From Acidimicrobiales bacterium (GTDB taxonomy: Bacteria > Actinomycetota > Acidimicrobiia > Acidimicrobiales > RAAP-2): a stretch of DNA of 37,851 nt. Where the stretch lies: assembly GCA_050743965.1 (NCBI GenBank), contig JBOGGF010000054.1, positions 1-37,851 of the forward strand, given 5' to 3'. Of this stretch, positions 35,200 through 37,851 are shown piece by piece (position 1 is the stretch's first letter; every line of letters starts with the position of its first letter). The position numbers and the translations under genes are program-made. Below the pieces are notes generated by a model. That model was given only the letters and a program-made list of their open reading frames with translations, was not told the DNA's origin and ran no database searches.

Positions 35200-35682
35200 G
35201 TGAGCCTGCCCCCGTTCGAGCAGGTCGTGGTCGACCACGGACCCGCGGTCCTGCGGGTCTGCCGGGCGGTCGTTGGCACCCACGACGCCGACGACGCCTG
35301 GTCGGAGACGTTCCTCGCCGCCCTCGCCGCCTACCCCCGGCTCCGGCCGGACAGCAACGTCCGGGGCTGGCTCGTCACCATCGCCCACCGCAAGGCCGTC
35401 GACCGGGTGCGCGCCCGGGCCCGCGCCCCGCTCCCGATGGCCCCGCTCCCCGAGCGGCGGTCGACCGTCGGCGTCCCCATCGACCCCGACGCCACCTTGT
35501 GGGCCGCGCTCGCCGCCCTGCCCACCAAGCAACGCGGCGCCGTCGCCTACCACTACGTGGCCGGATTGCCCTATGGCGAGGTCGCCCAGCTGCTCGGCTC
35601 GACCGACGCCGCGGCGCGGCGGGCGGCCGCCGACGGTATCGCCGCACTACGCGCCGCGCTCGGAACGGAGGCACACCCATGA
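35200..35682 (+). CDS. ECF-type sigma-70 family RNA polymerase sigma factor
   Basis: 160 aa. Region 2 is DADDAWSETFLAALAAYPRLRP...RGWLVTIAHRKAVD. Region 4 is LPTKQRGAVAYHYVAGLPYGEVAQLLGSTDAAARRAAADG. GTG 35200. Confidence 0.85.
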   Translation: MSLPPFEQVVVDHGPAVLRVCRAVVGTHDADDAWSETFLAALAAYPRLRPDSNVRGWLVTIAHRKAVDRVRARARAPLPMAPLPERRSTVGVPIDPDATLWAALAALPTKQRGAVAYHYVAGLPYGEVAQLLGSTDAAARRAAADGIAALRAALGTEAHP

Positions 35683-36353
35683 CCAGCGCCGATCGACAGC
35701 TCCGCCGCGCCCTGTCCGGGGGCGTCCGCCGGGAGCCAGCCGAGACGACCGCCCGCCTCCGTGCTCGGCTGGCGACCGTTGCGGCGACCGAGGACCTCCT
35801 CGACGTCGCCTACCGGGCGTTCGAGACGCCGGTCGGCTCGCTGCTGCTCGCCGCCACCCCCCGCGGCCTGGTCCGGGTGGCCTACCCGACCGCCAACCAC
35901 GACCGAGTCCTCGCCGACCTGGCGGCCCGGATCAGCCCGCGGGTACTGCACGCCCCGGCCCGGCTCGACGGCGTCACCCGCCAGCTCGACGAGTACTTCA
36001 CCGGGCGGCGGCGACGCTTCGACCTCCCCCTCGATCTCCAGCTCGCCCGGGGCTTCCGCCTGGCGGTCCTCGCTCAGCTGCGGGCGATCGCCTACGGCTC
36101 GACCGCCAGCTACGCGGCCGTCGCCACCGCCGCCGGGAACCCCCGGGCCATGCGGGCCGTCGGCACGGCGTGCGCCACCAACCCGCTGGCGATCGTCGTG
36201 CCGTGCCACCGGGTGCTCCGCAGCGACGGGAGCCTTGGCGGCTACGCCGGCGGGCTCCCGGCCAAGACGGCCCTGCTGGCGCTGGAGACGGTACCCGAGA
36301 CGGCACCGGAGGGAGCCCTGGAGACGGCACCGCCGCCGGATCCCGCCGTCTGA
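35679..36353 (+). CDS. ogt: methylated-DNA--protein-cysteine methyltransferase (O6-alkylguanine-DNA alkyltransferase) with an N-terminal extension
   Basis: Active site IVVPCHRVL, plus YGSTASYAAVATAAGNPRAMRAVGTACATNP. ATG 35679 overlaps the sigma-factor stop (ATGA). Confidence 0.9.
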   Translation: MTSADRQLRRALSGGVRREPAETTARLRARLATVAATEDLLDVAYRAFETPVGSLLLAATPRGLVRVAYPTANHDRVLADLAARISPRVLHAPARLDGVTRQLDEYFTGRRRRFDLPLDLQLARGFRLAVLAQLRAIAYGSTASYAAVATAAGNPRAMRAVGTACATNPLAIVVPCHRVLRSDGSLGGYAGGLPAKTALLALETVPETAPEGALETAPPPDPAV

Positions 36354-36410
36354 ATCACGCCCCAGCCGCTCGATGACGGGCGTGGCAGGGCCAACGTGGC
36401 CACCGGGGGA

Positions 36411-36454
36411 TTGCAAGGCCCGAAGGCGCCAGTTATCTTCATAGATGTGAAGAT
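36411..36454 (+). promoter_or_regulatory. candidate promoter (TTGCAA-17 nt-TATCTT) with 7-6-7 palindrome ATCTTCA-TAGATG-TGAAGAT, likely an ArsR/SmtB operator
   Basis: TTGCAA lies at 36411-36416 and TATCTT at 36434-36439. The palindrome at 36435-36454 overlaps the -10 box and the start codon region, in the only AT-rich patch here. Confidence 0.5.
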
Positions 36455-36857
36455 GTCAATCACGAAGCCGCAGGACGACGGCGTCGTCGGCCTGGACGGG
36501 TGCGCCGTCCGCCAGGTCGATCCGGCTCGCGTGGCAGCCACCCGCGACCGTCTCATCGGCCCGACGCAGGCAGAGGACCTGGCGGCCTGCTTCCGCCTGC
36601 TGGGCGATCCCAAGCGGGTACGGATCCTCTATGCGCTGCTGGAGGCGGGCGAGCTTTGCGTGTGTGACCTGGCCGCGGCGGCCGACGTGCCCGAGACCAC
36701 CGTCTCGCACGCCATGCGGCTGCTGCGGACGGCCGGGATCGTGCGCCACCGCCGGGACGGTCGGATGATCTTCTACCGCCTCGACGACGCCCACGTCCGG
36801 CTGCTGCTCGACGTCTCCTTGCAGCACGCCATCCACGAGACCGCCGGGCGGTCCTGA
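36453..36857 (+). CDS. ArsR/SmtB-family metal-sensing transcriptional repressor
   Basis: CFRLLGDPKRVRILYALLEAGELCVCDLAAAADVPETTVSHAMRLLRTAGIV is present. The start is ATG 36453 or in-frame GTG 36447 (near-leaderless). The 36396 start is unlikely. Confidence 0.88.
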   Translation: MSITKPQDDGVVGLDGCAVRQVDPARVAATRDRLIGPTQAEDLAACFRLLGDPKRVRILYALLEAGELCVCDLAAAADVPETTVSHAMRLLRTAGIVRHRRDGRMIFYRLDDAHVRLLLDVSLQHAIHETAGRS

Positions 36858-36863
36858 CCCGGC

Positions 36864-37844
36864 ATGGTCGGCGGCGAGACCACACCGTCCCACAGGGTCA
36901 CCCGCCCCGGTGCGGATGACCTGCGTCACGGCGCCGCCGGCCGAGGTGGGCACGGGCCCGGGCCCGGCGCCGACGCCCGCTACCTTGCCGTCGCCCTCGC
37001 CCTCATCGCCTCGTTCATGGTCGGTGAGGTGGTGGCAGCCGCCGTGGCCGGGTCCCTTGCGCTCTTCGCCGACGCCGGCCACATGCTCACCGATGTCGCC
37101 GCCCTGGCCGGGAGCCTGTGGGCGGCCCGGCTCGCCGCTCGCCCGGCCACGGGGATCTGGACCTTCGGCCTCGAGCGGGCCGAGATCCTCTCGGCCACCG
37201 GCAACGGCGTCACGTTGGTCGTGGTGGCCGCCGTCATCGCCATCGAGGCGATCCGCCACCTGGTCGCGCCGCCGCCCGTCGACGGCACGGTCGTGCTGGC
37301 CGTCGCCCTGGTCGGCGCCGCCGTCAACGTCGTAGCGGCCACCGTCCTGGCCCGGGCCAACCGCACCAGCCTGAACGTCGCCGGGGTCGTCGCCCATGTG
37401 ATGACCGATCTCTACGCCTTCGGGGGCACGGCAGCGGCCGGCGTGGTCATCGTGGTCGCCGGGTGGCGGCGCGCCGACGCCGTGGCCTCGCTGCTGGTGG
37501 CAGGCCTCATGGTACGGGCGGCGGTGGGGCTGCTCCGCGAGGGCGGCCGGATCCTCCTCCAGGCGGCACCAGCCGACGTCTCCCTCGACGAGCTGCGACG
37601 GCACCTCGTGGAGGTCGACCACGTGCTCAGCGTGCACGACCTGCACGTGTGGACGGTCACCTCCGCGCTGCCGACCATCTCGGCCCACGTGGTCGTGGAG
37701 GACCACTGCTTCGCCAGCGGCCACGCGCCCCAGATCCTCGACACCCTGCAGCGATGCCTCGGCGACCACTTCGACGTCGAGCACTCGACCTTCCAGCTCG
37801 AACCACCTAGCCACGTCGCCCACGAGCACGAGCAGCACCCGTGA
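36864..37844 (+). CDS. cation diffusion facilitator (CzcD/ZitB-like Zn/Co/Cd efflux)
   Basis: FADAGHMLTD and AHVMTDLY metal-site motifs, six TM segments, a C-terminal cytoplasmic domain and a His-rich tail HVAHEHEQH are present. It starts 7 nt after arsR. Confidence 0.9.
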   Translation: MVGGETTPSHRVTRPGADDLRHGAAGRGGHGPGPGADARYLAVALALIASFMVGEVVAAAVAGSLALFADAGHMLTDVAALAGSLWAARLAARPATGIWTFGLERAEILSATGNGVTLVVVAAVIAIEAIRHLVAPPPVDGTVVLAVALVGAAVNVVAATVLARANRTSLNVAGVVAHVMTDLYAFGGTAAAGVVIVVAGWRRADAVASLLVAGLMVRAAVGLLREGGRILLQAAPADVSLDELRRHLVEVDHVLSVHDLHVWTVTSALPTISAHVVVEDHCFASGHAPQILDTLQRCLGDHFDVEHSTFQLEPPSHVAHEHEQHP

Positions 37845-37851
37845 GCCGGCG

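Overview
Very GC-rich chromosomal segment (roughly 70% GC by eye, with third codon positions almost all G/C). It looks actinobacterial: it has a mycothiol-type MDMPI/DinB enzyme, a response regulator / histidine kinase / GerMN-lipoprotein operon like mtrA-mtrB-lpqB, many GTG starts, frequent ATGA/GTGA 4-nt gene overlaps and apparently leaderless starts. I support about 43 protein-coding loci. They include an acetate node (satP-acs, plus a decayed ackA), a thiolase-FabH pair with a divergent MerR regulator, and an orphan PrmC-like methyltransferase. There is also a DsbA-like/MDMPI pair, a large GT-C-like membrane protein and a thioesterase + FMN alpha-hydroxyacid oxidase pair. Export functions are prominent: four ABC export operons (one decayed, two frameshifted), two DHA2 MFS exporters (one with MarR) and an ArsR-CDF pair. 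The remaining loci are a collagen-like membrane protein, YbjQ-Sco-DUF427, a secreted repeat+CHAP hydrolase and an ECF sigma-Ogt operon. I saw no rRNA, tRNA, CRISPR array, transposase, integrase or phage genes. Most very long ORFs in the supplied track are Arg/Pro/Gly-rich shadow ORFs antisense or out of frame to real genes. At least six genes are disrupted, by true decay or by indel errors. I cannot point to a clear-cut new multi-gene system. The best candidates for follow-up are the ATGA-coupled ECF sigma-Ogt pair, the HTH + RsbW-like ATPase pair beside a perfect palindrome, and the VPPY PrmC-like methyltransferase with an unannotated small acidic ORF. The collagen-like protein next to the MtrAB-like operon and the structured leader upstream of the repeat/CHAP hydrolase also merit a look. 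All functional calls rest on motif recognition by eye, with no database search.
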